Source of the DNA: Phaeosaccion multiseriatum
Taxonomy: Eukaryota; Protista; Ochrophyta, other classes
Reading direction: 5' to 3'
Length of the DNA: 64,000 nt
Assembly (NCBI GenBank): GCA_965112735.1
Contig: OZ218958.1
Span: forward strand, 3,038,001-3,102,000
Every line of letters begins with the position of its first letter. Within the stretch, counting starts at the first letter, position 1. Below are positions 33,257-44,800 of the stretch, one piece after another. The notes under the pieces are model-generated. The model was not told the origin of the DNA, ran no database searches, and was given only the letters and a program-made list of their open reading frames with translations. Both the position numbers and the translations under genes were made by a program.

Positions 33257-34675
33257 TCAGTCTTGGCAGTCGCAGGGGTGCCCATTGGTATGCACCCACT
33301 GCTTGATCTCCTCAAAGACACTGCCCTCGATATCCCATGGTATATCAAGTCCCTCACGCGCTCTCCTGATGGTCTCTGGACAGACACTCCCGTCCCACGG
33401 ACAGCCCACCTCTTCTGAGCGGAGCCACTGCAGCATTTCCAGACTCTTGCTGAATTGAACCGCACATCGGCATACTCTAAAGGTCCAATCACAGAACTCA
33501 CGCGCGTTGGCATGCAGCCACCGCAGAGCGTCGAAACGGCCGGAAAAGGCAGCACGCAGAGTTCCCTTCCTCCACATACTACCCTCCTCCGCTCCCTCCA
33601 GCTCAGCCCTGACCTTGGGATTGTTCAGCAGCCATGCCAGCATAGAGATGTGCCCATAGTCAATAGCACAGAGCCACACATCCACATCAAAGGGGGCGTT
33701 CACGTCATCCGACAGAAGCCACTCCAGCAGTTGCAAGTCCCCCCTCCGCACAGTAGCATGGCAGACCTCCACATTCCACGGGCACTTCCCCTCCTTAGCG
33801 TCAGCCGAGTCCTCTGAGCGCAGCCACTTGAGCACACGCATGCTGTGCCGCTCGTTCAAAGCTGCAAAGCGGCACACCTCCTCATCCCAAGGACAGCCCA
33901 TGTGATGAAGGGCCTTGCACATGCTCACATCTCCATACTGAGCAGCGGCCCTGAACGTTCCCACGGTAAGCTTGTAGCCATGCCTCCTGGCCCAGTACAC
34001 GCGATCGATGGAGGCAACTACACTTGCTTGGCTCGTCTTGGCTGCGTGTTCCACAATGTAGTACCCCCTCCACTCCTTGCACACCGTCGCGACGAAGGCG
34101 TACTCCCCCTTTCCCACGAGCTCCATCACCTTTGTATACACCTCCTCCATACCAAAGGCCTTTGCACAGGCGCCCGAGCCAGGAAGACGAAGTCGATGAG
34201 ATGCAGCACGTCCGCCCTCTCCACCCTCTCCTTCTGATGATAAGCGCCGCCGCTTTCTACCCCCCCTCCTCCTCTCTCGCCCTGCTCTCCCCTCCTCCAT
34301 CTCGGCGCCTTGATTGTCCGGGGTGTGGCTTCTGGGGGATGTGGGTGGTTGCACTTCGAGGCGGAGGAGGAGTAGCTCCTTCTCTCTCTCAAAGGCCTTC
34401 TCGGTTGCCTTCTCGTCCAATAATTTGGCCTCCTTCTCCCTCACGTGATCCTTCTCTCTCGCAGCCTCTCTCCCACTCGCCTCCCTCAGCCGCGTCTTCT
34501 CCTCCCTCAAGTGTTGGAGGTGCGTCAGTAGCTCTCTCCTCATGCCCTGCTTCTCATCCGCTGCTACAGCCCCTCCCAAGCTCAGCCCCAGGTAGCTGTC
34601 CTGCCCGCTCAACGCCCTTTCTACTGCCTCTTCCTTCCTGCTCACCGCTGCGATACTCGCATGTATGTCCTCCAT
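33257..34675 (-). CDS. Coiled-coil + F-box-like + ankyrin-like protein, solo and more diverged copy (472 aa)
   Basis: Starts MEDIHASIAAVSRKEE at ATG 34675 (the ORF-track extension to 34945 begins at a non-ATG codon); colinear with 27097-28548; ends GHPCDCQD. Confidence 0.88.
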   Translation of the reverse strand: MEDIHASIAAVSRKEEAVERALSGQDSYLGLSLGGAVAADEKQGMRRELLTHLQHLREEKTRLREASGREAAREKDHVREKEAKLLDEKATEKAFEREKELLLLRLEVQPPTSPRSHTPDNQGAEMEEGRAGRERRRGGRKRRRLSSEGEGGEGGRAASHRLRLPGSGACAKAFGMEEVYTKVMELVGKGEYAFVATVCKEWRGYYIVEHAAKTSQASVVASIDRVYWARRHGYKLTVGTFRAAAQYGDVSMCKALHHMGCPWDEEVCRFAALNERHSMRVLKWLRSEDSADAKEGKCPWNVEVCHATVRRGDLQLLEWLLSDDVNAPFDVDVWLCAIDYGHISMLAWLLNNPKVRAELEGAEEGSMWRKGTLRAAFSGRFDALRWLHANAREFCDWTFRVCRCAVQFSKSLEMLQWLRSEEVGCPWDGSVCPETIRRAREGLDIPWDIEGSVFEEIKQWVHTNGHPCDCQD

Positions 34676-34689
34676 GTTGGAGTTTAAGA

Positions 34690-34927
34690 AAAAAGGCCGA
34701 TTGTTGCCCCCCCGATATCCCCCCCCTTCCAGCCCTCCAGCCCTCGGAGCTGTGAGCCCTCGACGAGGAAGGAGCTGCGGAGAGGAGAAGAAGCAGCTGA
34801 GAAAGGAGAAGGCGCAAGAGAGGGACGAGAAGGCGAAATGGGAATTTGTAAGAAAAAAGGCCGATTGTTGATTTTGCCCCCCCCCCCCCTTGGCTTCCAG
34901 CCCTCGGAGCTGTGAGCCCTCGACGAT
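34690..34927. repeat. Duplicated ankyrin-gene promoter segment enclosing an inverted piece of the ankyrin coiled-coil CDS
   Basis: aaaaaggccgattgttg...ccagccctcggagctgtgagccctcgacga occurs twice (about 34690-34766 and 34853-34927); between them, the + strand reads gagaggagaagaagcagctgagaaaggagaaggcgcaagagagggacgagaaggcgaaa (EEKKQLRKEKAQERDEKAK). Confidence 0.75.
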
Positions 34928-35098
34928 TCTAGCACCAACACGCAAAGTGACGGTTTGGGTTTTTTTTTCTCCTCATTTTGTCACTTTGCTCGTGGGGGAA
35001 GGGAGAAGGGTCGTGGGTACGCTCTTGTCTTGTTGTTGTGGCAGCTGCAAGGGTTCTTTTGTGGGTGAGTCGGGCGCCGCATTCGTTGTTGGAAAGTG

Positions 35099-36487
35099 AT
35101 GAAGAACGGTTTGAGGCAAAGCGCCCGGAGGAAGAAGGAGGGGAACGGCCAACGTAAGACGCAGGAAGAACCCAAGGAGCAGACGACCACTATAAGAAAA
35201 TGCATGGGGGAGAGGAAAAGAGGAAAGAGCGGGTGTGAGGCGGTGCAAAGGGAAGAGGACGCGAATAAGGAGAATGGAAGGAGGGGGGGGGAAGAGGGAG
35301 GTGGCAAGTCCAAGGCCAGAGGGAAGACCAGCAGGGGCAAAGGAGCTATAAATGATGGCCAAACACGCGGTGATAAAAAGAAAAAGGACGCAGCGAAGAA
35401 GAAGAGGGAGAGAACGGAGGGGGCGGGTAAATCGGCAGAGATGCCACCGGAGAAGAGTGAGAAGTCTAAGAAGAAGGGAAAGGGGGGCGAAAGAGACGCT
35501 GATGGAGAAGGAGGCAAAGAAGAAGGCAGCAGGACTAGGGATCACGGGGAAGAAAGTGCTGAGCTCGCTGCTCCTGCTGACGGTGAAGTAGCGACAGGAA
35601 AGGGGGACGCACCAGGACTGACAGTAGATGCCCTGGCCTTCCGTAGGTTGCTAGAAGAGGTGATGCGCGAGAGAGGCAGCGTTGGAGACTCAGCAGTAGC
35701 AGGAGGAGGGACGCTGGCCGAGGTGGAGGCGGAGGAGGATCGCGGTAGCAGCGAGGCCGCGTACTGGAGGAGTCAGTACGAGCAGCTGGACGCCTTGAGA
35801 CATACAGACGTGGAGCGAGAGCTTGAGCAGTACCGAAAACACGTGCAGGACAGGGAGGCGGCCCAACAGGCGCTCATTGCGCACCTCAAAGGCGGTGCTC
35901 GTGATGGGGCTGCTGGGCGTGGTGGACATACGTGTACGACAGGGACTGCTCCTGCCGTCGCCGCTGAGAACGATGAGGCGGTGGAGGCCGGGGTTGCCAA
36001 AGAAGGGGGAGAGAACAGCAGTACTTCTGCCTACGCTGCTACATTGGAGGCGAAGGTGCTGAAGCAGCGTCGACTGCTGCTCGCGTACCAGCACATCACA
36101 TCCATGGCCATCAAGCTAAAGCAGGAGTCAGCCCCGGCAGTTGGTGATACAGCACCCGGCGGGAAGGAGAGCGAGTCTGCCACCATGCAGCTGGAATGTA
36201 CGGCCATCAACCGCATGCACCGCCGCGTCGTGTGCTTCGACCTCACCCTCCCCGCAGACAAGGAGGGGGAGGACGAGCGGGAGGAGGGGGGCGAGGAGGA
36301 GGAGGAGGAAGAAGAAGCAGAGGGCAAGGGGAGAAAGAGAAAGAGAACCGATACGGACGTGGTGTACGCACCCCGAGCCAACAAACGTCTGCTGCCATCC
36401 TACATGCGTTACAAGGTCAGCTTTCCCAAGCTGCAGACCCCTCTCTTTCTCGTCAAGCTGCTCGAAGGACTCTACAGAGCCCCGTGA
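35099..36487 (+). CDS. Monopolin subunit Csm1/Pcs1 (plant TITAN9)-like kinetochore protein
   Basis: Coiled coil YEQLDALRHTDVERELEQYRK, then RWD-like C-terminus AYQHITSM...LECTAIN...VCFDL...VVYAP...LLPSYMRYKVSFPKLQTPLFLVKLL. Low-complexity charged N-terminus, so the start is uncertain. Confidence 0.65.
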   Translation: MKNGLRQSARRKKEGNGQRKTQEEPKEQTTTIRKCMGERKRGKSGCEAVQREEDANKENGRRGGEEGGGKSKARGKTSRGKGAINDGQTRGDKKKKDAAKKKRERTEGAGKSAEMPPEKSEKSKKKGKGGERDADGEGGKEEGSRTRDHGEESAELAAPADGEVATGKGDAPGLTVDALAFRRLLEEVMRERGSVGDSAVAGGGTLAEVEAEEDRGSSEAAYWRSQYEQLDALRHTDVERELEQYRKHVQDREAAQQALIAHLKGGARDGAAGRGGHTCTTGTAPAVAAENDEAVEAGVAKEGGENSSTSAYAATLEAKVLKQRRLLLAYQHITSMAIKLKQESAPAVGDTAPGGKESESATMQLECTAINRMHRRVVCFDLTLPADKEGEDEREEGGEEEEEEEEAEGKGRKRKRTDTDVVYAPRANKRLLPSYMRYKVSFPKLQTPLFLVKLLEGLYRAP

Positions 36488-36540
36488 TGGGATGTGGTGA
36501 GGTTTGATGATGGAATGATGGCCCACCCTTTGCTTGAGGG

Positions 36541-36574
<34 letters not shown>

Positions 36575-37268
36575 TGGCAGCTGGTGCTTTATTCTCCTTC
36601 GATGGAGTTGCTGCAACGGAGAGGTGGTAGCGGGCGAGAGGTCGTCGGTGAACAGTCGGCAGTCCGAGCGGGAGGCGGAGGGCTGGGGGGGATGTCGGCT
36701 TCTTTGTTCGTTTTATTTGTTCGTTTCTTGCTCCTCCTGAGCACTTGAGGTACAATTCATTCGCAGGGAGAGACCGTGTGCATTTTGTGTGTGTGTGTGC
36801 TGAGAGCGGATGAGAGGGCAGTCTTTGGAGCGTTTTAGTGCTGCCGTGAAGTTGTCCCACTCTTTGATGAGAAGTCTAATCCCTCTCTCTCCATTGGACA
36901 TGTAGAATTACAGTCTTGTCATCGTATTAATTCTTGACCTGTTCACATATACATTGATCGACCTCAAAACAATCTGCAGTCAAGAAAGAGATGAGTGTCG
37001 GGCCTTTCTCGCCTCTGCTACATCATTCACCACCCTCGGTTCATTCCCCGGCCACCCCTCTGATTATCTGAATGAAATTGCACCACCCGTGATGGACGTC
37101 GAAGCGAGGGCGGGTGGAGGCATATAGCCATACCCATGGAGGCACACTGATCAGACACACGGAGTCAGACTGACAAGCGAGGGATCGGGGCGGCAGGCTA
37201 CAACAAAACCAAAATCAATTCCAAAAATAAACAAAATGAAGAATAAAGAGTCAAAAGTTCAGCTCAGC

Positions 37269-40200
37269 TCAGTCCTCGCGCCCTTCTTTCCGCTGCTCGG
37301 CCTTGGCTGTTGCCTTGCTCTTGGATCTGGACGCGAGCGAGTCCAACACAGAGAGCCCGCCTGCAGCCACGTTCGCGCCGAAAGTCAGGCTTCCCACCAC
37401 GGTGTCTTGCAGCACTCCCGCCGCCGCCCTCGCCCGCTGCCCATTTGTGGGCATACGGACGGTGTAGATGAGGCGTCGGGCCAAGCCAGCAGCAGGGCCA
37501 CTAAGGTTGATTCGGTTGCCCAAGGTGCTTAGGCTGCCATCTCGGGGCCCAAGTGTGAGCAGCTCCCCCAAGTTAGTGTACTTGAATTTGATGAGGGGCC
37601 GCCCCAGGCTGCTCGAGAACACGTTCCTTTTATTGATAAATTGGTGTGCGAGGGAGGGTTGCGGGGGGGGGGGGGGGGTGGCGAGGGGCAGGGTGGAGGG
37701 TGGCGTAAGAGAAGTCGGCGGCACCAACCCGTTCTGAAACGTGTGCTGCTTCCCCAAAGCCCCCTTCACTCACTCACTCACTCACTCACTCACTCACTCA
37801 CTCACTCACTCACTCACTCACTCACTCACTCACACACTCCCTCCCTCCCTCTCCCTCCCTCCCTCTCCCTCCCCCTCTCCCTCATTCACTCACTCACTCA
37901 CTCCCTCACTCCCTCTCTCCCTCCCCCTCTCCCTCCTCACTCACTCCCTCACTCACCATGCAACGCAGTCCGCCTGCTGAATGGCCACTTGAGCCGTGGG
38001 CACCAACCCCTCATACTCCTCCCCCTGCCCCTGCAGGCTGGCGATGTCCCCTAGGCAGTACACCTCGTTCTCTTTGCCAAGCACGGACAGGAAGGGGTTC
38101 ACTTGAAGCTGATGGGCCTCGGTCTGGGGCAGGTCCAGCGATTGGAGGAGAGAGGCGGGTCGAGCGCCTGCGGTCCACACAATGAGGTCAGCGCCTGCAT
38201 GAAGAGGCAGATGGACCGGTGGGCAGACAGACACAAAGGCGTGAGTGGGGTGGGCGGGTGGGTGGGTGAGGGGGTGAGGGAGGGAGTGGGTGAGTGAGGG
38301 AGTGAGGGAGTGAGTACCTCCCCCCCCCCCACGCTCCTCTTGTGCCTCTCCCTCCTCCCTACTTTTCACTCACCGAGCTTGATGGACGACTCTGCGCCGG
38401 AAGCCTGCACCTCCACCTCGCCCTCCGTGATATCCACCACCTGATGTGAAAGCACACGGTACGATACATCATTCAGAGGCATGCGGGACACACCTCACAG
38501 CATAGGACAACAACACAGCATTCACAGGCGAATGATGCATCAGGGATTCCTTCCCCTTGTTTGTTGATGCACAAGGACTAGAGTCTAGCGTAGAATGAGG
38601 AGTCTAGCGCAGAATCAGAGGCCAGATGCCCAACGCCACTGCCTCGCGCCAGACGGTGCATTCCTCTGAGAGGTTGGGGCATCAAGTCGCATCATGTGGG
38701 TACGCATATCAAGCGCCCAACCAATCAATCGGTCAATCCATCTATCCGAGCCTTCCTTACATAGCCTTACTTACGTCTGTGTTGAGCATGAGCTCGATGC
38801 CCGAGGCGGCGAGTTTGCTCAGCGCTGCTTCCCGATTGCTGCTCGTCGCTGTGCTGACTGCCTCCCCTGCAAGAGGGGGTAGAGAGAGCACGGGAAGGAG
38901 AGGGGCGAGGGGGGGAACGAAATGTGTGGGTGTCAGAGAGCGACATATACACTCCCACTCGTTCTCTCTCGCGCACACAAACACATACACACACACAGAG
39001 AGAGAGAGATAGAGAGAGAGGAGAGGGAGAGACAAGGAGTGACAGAGAAGAGAAGAAGAGAAGAGAAGAAGAGAGGGGAGGGAGAGATGGACGAGAGGGA
39101 GAGAGAAAAGAGAGAGAGAGAAGAAAGAGAGAGAGAGAGAGAATGAGCGAGAGAGAGAGGAGGAGGGAGAGAGAAATGGGATACGGAGTGCAAGAACGCT
39201 CGGACGTACCGCTTCGCTGCACCAAGGTGACCTGTGCCCTGTCCCTACCGAGCTTGGCATTGAGATTGCATGCGAGTTCCACCCCACTGTAACTCGCACC
39301 AACCACCACGACGCGAATGGTGGACAAGTCGGCCCTCGCCTCCAGAGAGCGCACGGCCTGTCTCAGCTTGTAGCAGTCCTGCACTGACACAAAGGTGTAG
39401 GCGTGCTTCTCTGCGCCTGGGGCGAGCAAGGAGAGAGAGAGGAGGGTAGACAACACACCCGCCCAAAAGGTGAGATATGGAAGGAAGGAGAGGGGGGGCA
39501 GACAGACAAAAGACAAAGACACACCAAAGGACTCACCCATGTCACTGCCGCGCAGCAGAGCACTTGGCAAATGACGCACGCTACCCTCTCCCTTCCCAAC
39601 CCACCTTCAATCATGGAGATGGTCGGCTCTGAGCCCACTGCGATGACGAGTTTATCGTACGGGACCGACGTGACTGTGTCGGCGTCTTCGCTAATAACAC
39701 ACCCATCGAGGCCGTCGCTGGACAGTCCCTTCACCTCGACTTGCTTTGAGTCCAGGTCCACTCCCGACACAGAGCCCTGCGCAAACTCGATTCCCGTCCC
39801 TGTGCGAGATATAGCAGCACAGCAGCCAGCAGCCGGGCAAGGTGTAATTGTGGATGGAACATGACAAGGAGACCATAGAATGAGGAAAAGTTTGCCGCAG
39901 TTCGCCTCATTCGCTGAAGTTCAACACGCTTTATCCTTGACGGAACATGATAAAGAGACCATACACTGAGGAAAAGTTTGCCGCAGTGTGCCTCATTCGC
40001 TGAAGTGCAATACGGTTATCCTTTCGCAGCAGTGGCAGCAGACCTACGCAGGCAAAAATGAGCTCCAGCATGCTAGCGCCCCTTCCTTACCTTGCAACAA
40101 CCTCTTGAACGGAGGGGCCACCTCAGCAATCTCGGCGTTCCCCACGGCGAGCTCGTAGAGCAGTGGCAGAAAGACAAACTTGTCCTTCTTGTCAATGAGG

Positions 40201-40577
40201 GTGATACGAGGCTTACCAAGCCCCTTGCGTGTCCACGGCAGCTGCGACAGGCGGAGGGCCGTGTACAAACCCCCGAAGCCGCCACCCACCACGCAGATCC
40301 TCTCCTGCTCTTGCTTCCCGCCTGCCGCTTCGATCTGCGCAGAGAGTGAGCTCGAACTCTCGCCCCCGCTGCTGGTTCGTCTGCGACGCCTGATACCGAT
40401 ACTTCTCCTGTTGCTGCTACCCTCTAGCGGTGGTGCTGCAGCTGCTGAGGGCAGTGTGGACTGGACCCTCTGCCCGAGGTGGGGAGAGACCAGAGCAGCG
40501 CCAGCCTGAGGCCCCACAAAGCCCTGAACATGCAGCGTGCATGCCGACAGCACAGCCACAGAAAGCGCCGACAACAT
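37269..40577 (-). CDS. NDC1: Type II NAD(P)H:quinone oxidoreductase NDC1/NdbB-like, plastid-targeted, about 7 exons
   Basis: ICVVGGGFGGLYTALRLSQLPW, FVFLPLLYEL, YDKLVIAVG, VVVGASYSGVELAC, ADLIVWTAG, VYCLGDIA, PTAQVAIQQAD, FKYTNLGELLTLG; signal peptide MLSALSVAVLSACTLHVQG^FV. Confidence 0.9.
39861..40022. repeat. About 85-bp tandem duplication in an NDC1 intron
   Basis: ggagaccata...tgaggaaaagtttgccgcagt..gcctcattcgctgaagt occurs twice. Confidence 0.85.
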
Positions 40578-41397
40578 TGCTGGCCTGCTTAATCGGCTTC
40601 CTTTCTCTTTTTTCCTCACGGCACCTTGGTTTCACTGACTCCGTTTCTAGTTTCAGTTTCAGTTTCGTTGGAACCTTTCCGTCTCGCCTGTCTTCGGCCC
40701 TGGAGCAACGCCCAATCCTTTCTCTTGTCCAGACCGACTGTCTACGCTGAAGTGAGGTGGAGTAGTATACTTTTTCGCGCCAATGAAAAGTGGACGAAAG
40801 GCGAAAGAAGGGAACGCTATATTATATCACATCTAACTGCAAATGATGCTGCTGCTATGCTACACTGTGGTCACTTTGCCTTTTTCTCTACGAGCCGCTA
40901 TTTTTCACACCCAGAACAAAACCAAAGCTGATCTTACTCCAAATCGCACCACACCCCAGCCCAGCTACAGGCCAAATCGACCGCTAGCTGCGCCCAAATT
41001 GTGGTGGAAATCAGCCAGTTGGGTTCCTGATGAGATGCGAGTATCAAACCGTGAGGCATCGCCCCTCCGCCCAACCCAACTCCATCTTCTAATCCCAAAC
41101 TCAAACTCCCCCCCCCCCTTTCCTCCTTCCTCCATATACACGTCCGCCACCACAACCCTTCCTCGCGAACTGCCTTCCTGTGCCGCCTCTCTATCCTGTA
41201 GCAGACAGAGCTGCTGGATGGCTGCTTACGGCTGTTTCAGTTTCAGTTTCAATCTATTAACCCCGACCAATAATGGGAGAACCTGGCTGGCCATCCCCTG
41301 GCCATCCACTGCCATCACGCCCCCTCCCTCCTCCTCCCTCCTGTATCGCCTAATGCGCCGTAAGTAAGCAATTGCTTTCTTCTTACCTCCCTCCTCC

Positions 41398-41761
41398 TCA
41401 CCAATTCCTGTCACCTGCACGGGGATGCCTGTCGCCATAGCTTCCACCACCACCCCCATAGCCACCTCCGTAGCCTCCTCCCCCCCTACCTCTTCCCCCA
41501 CCCCTGTTTCCTCCTCGTCCCCTTCCTCCATAGCCCCCTCCCCTACCCCTCCCTCCACCCCTTCCTCCATAGCCCCCTCCCCTCCCCATTCGCCCCCCAC
41601 CGAAGGAGTCAGAGTTCATCTCAGGCAGCTCTGTACAGAGCTTGAAGTCAACGGTCTGCAAGTTGGCACTGTCGGAGAGGGCCACGAGCTCTGTGGCGTC
41701 CTTTGCTGCCAAGTCGAATACCGCCACCTGAAGGCGCGTCGAGTTCAGTCCACCACGACAG

Positions 41762-41805
<44 letters not shown>

Positions 41806-44800
41806 GGACAGAGGGACAGAAAGACAGAGACAGACAGACAGGCAGACAGGCAGACAAGAGCGAGAGGAGAAACAAGACGGGGGAGGGAGCAGGTGAGGGC
41901 GTTGATCACTTACAATCTTCAAGAAGGCCGCTGTAAAACGAGCGCTGGTCGGTCTCCCCTCCCCCTCACTCCCGTCTATATCATCATTGACTTACACAAG
42001 GGTCTTTGGCGATTTGTATTCTCCCGACGCGCATCTCCTGCTCTCCGACCTTTGCCAGCTTGCCCACTGCGTACATTACATCACCCGCATTCAGCATCCT
42101 GAGAGAGGTGATGGCAGCATACGGGTTGGAGGGAGAGTAGACATGAGAGAGGGTGAGAGAGATTGAGAGAGAAAGAGAGCAAAGCAAGCATACGGGTATA
42201 CGTCTTTCTCTCTCTACACCACACGCTGCATCAAGCTCTTCCCCCCCATCCTTCTCCCTCTTCATCCTCCTCCTCGTCCTCCCTCTCCTCACTCCTCCTC
42301 CCCCCCTGCGCTCCCTCGCTCACCTAGGCGCTGTCATCCTCAGTGTGTAATAGCCCTCCTCTCCGGACAGGAGGGACCGGGCCACAATCTCTGTCTTACG
42401 GGCCACAGCGGCCAGGCACTTCGCCACCAATGTCTCCACGTCGATGGGCTGGCACGAGAAGGAGGAGGAGGAGGAGGAGGAGGAGAGAGAGGGGGGGGGG
42501 GGGTGAGCAGGGGCTTTCTGACCGGCGGGTACATAGCTCAGTTCATTCAGCGATTGGCATACCACCCCTCCCCACGCCGCTCCTCCCCTCTCAATCAATG
42601 ATCCCCCCCCTCCTCCTCCTCCTCCCTCCTCCTCCTCCTCCTCCCTCTTTTCCAGTCACACAGTCAGTAAAGTAAGCACCCAACTTACCTCAGCAACCAC
42701 CGCCGCCATCTCCTCCGCCTCAGCCGCCGCCGCCGCTCCCATGGCCATCTCCATCGGACCATTCCCGTCATCCTCCGTCTTGTCCACCAACTCTGCCTTC
42801 TCCACATACCGCCCCTCCTTGATGGACTCCAGCAGGGCCCGAGCACTATCAATGAAGTAAGGAACAACGTTGTCGTCCACACCCCCCACCACGCTCCGCG
42901 CCACGTCCGCACTCCGCTGCATGACCATCAATGGGTTCGGCACCTTGCCAGGGGTGAATCTGAAGCCCTTGCCCACTGCCTTTTCGATTCGGTCCACGTC
43001 TCTCCACTCGTCGGCGGAGTACAACAGCACCGCCTGTCCCTTGCGCCCCGCCCTGCCCGTCCTTCCCGATCGGTGCACATAGGTGTCAGGATCCTTGGGG
43101 GGGCGGTACTGCACCACGAGGTCGATGTCGGCGATGTCGATACCACTGCGGCAGGCAGGCGTATGGGCAGGCAGACAGGCAGGCAAGCAGCGGGCAGGCA
43201 GCATGGGTCACGGGTCAGGGGAAGGGGAAAGAAGAGGGAGGAGAGGGAAGCGTTTGGTTAGTCGGAGGCCACAAGGGTGGGGAGCCCTTTCAAAAACTCT
43301 CATGTTTTTCACGTTCCACGTGAGTGCCTCGTAACAAAACTATACATGTAAACGGGAGAGCAATCAAGCCAGCACCTGCGCTTCGCCCATCTCCTCTCTT
43401 TCTCGTCTCCCTCTCTCCCTCCCTCCCTCCCTCCACCACCCACACCACTCCATCTCACTCACCGCGCAGCGACATCCGTAGCCACAAGCACCGTGAACTT
43501 TCCCTTCTTAAACGCGTTCACCGTCACCTCCCTCGAGGCCTGTGTAATGTCTCCGTGCAGCACGCCTGCCGAGAGCGTCTTGAAAGCATTACCGCTCACC
43601 AACTCGTCGCACTCCCTCTTCGTCTGCGCAAACACAATGGCCTTGGTGCCCTTGCCATACACGGTGATGACGTCCTCAAGCATATGGGCTCGGTTTCCTC
43701 GCGGCACGGAGATGGACACGTGCTTGACGGTTGTGGCCAGGCGGTTGTCGTCGTGACCTGGTGGTAGTTGGTGGTAGAGAGGGAGAGAGAGAGAGGGATA
43801 GGGGGGGGGGGGGCAGGAAGAGGGAGAAGGCAGAGGGGGAGTGGAGAGCACGAGAGGGAGGGAGTTAAAGATGAGGGGGATCGGATAGAGAGGGGAGGGG
43901 GGGGGGTGGCAGAGCGGGAGGGAGGGGGGGAGGGAGGATGGGGAGCGAGGGAGGCGAAGGAGGGAGGAGAGGGAGGGAAGGGGAGGGAGGCGAGGAGAGA
44001 CACTCACCGACGGCGTCCACCATGAGGGGGTTCTTGAGGTACTTGGAGGAGATGTTGTTGACCCACGAAGGGATGGTGGCCGAGAACAGTAGCACCTAGG
44101 GCACAGGGGGTAGGATTGGGTGTGGTGGTTGGGTCGGGTTGGGTTGGGTTGGTAAGGCAGCAATAGACACATACACTCTCTCTCTCTCTCTCAACCACCA
44201 CACGTCCGTCTGTGATGCAGTCAGACCTTCCCTGATCCCTGGCCCCATCCACTGCCATCCCCTTACCCCTGACCCCATCCACTGCCATCCCCTTACCTGG
44301 CTCTCTTCGATGTTCATGTAGTTGAAGATGCGCTCAATGTCATCGGCGAACCCCATGTTGAGCATTTCATCAGCCTCGTCCAGGATGGCGCAGCGCACGT
44401 TTGATAGGTCCAAGTTGCCCCTGATAGGAAGGGAGGGAGGGAGGGAGCGAGGGAGAAAAGAGGGACGGAAGGAAGAGGGAGAGAGCGTGAGTGTCAGGTT
44501 CAGTGATTTCTACTGCCATCTGCCGCCCACCCCTCTACCACCCCCCTGCCATCTACTGCCGTCTACTGCCATCTCCGCACCTGTCCAAGTGGTCCATGAC
44601 TCTCCCCGGGGTGGCGACAAGCACATCAATGCCCCTCCTCAGTGCGGTCTCCTGCGGCGAGTACGAAGTGCCTCCATAGAACACCGCAGAGAGCAGGCCG
44701 TGGGGCCCGCACAGGAAGGCCAGCTCTTCGTGCACCTGTCACGTAAGGGTGTATACGGAAGGAGTGTAGTGAACGACAGGGAGGGGGGGTGTTGCGTTAC

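Noticed and set aside
24246-34675. Endogenous giant-virus insertion
   Set aside because: FNIP and ankyrin families are virus-like and intronless, but no NCLDV core genes (capsid, polB, packaging ATPase) or integrase occur, and the genes are interleaved with host genes. A distant viral origin remains possible.
34676-34945. 90-aa N-terminal extension of the solo ankyrin gene
   Set aside because: Non-ATG start; the region is duplicated promoter plus an inverted CDS fragment; all paralogues start at MEDIH.
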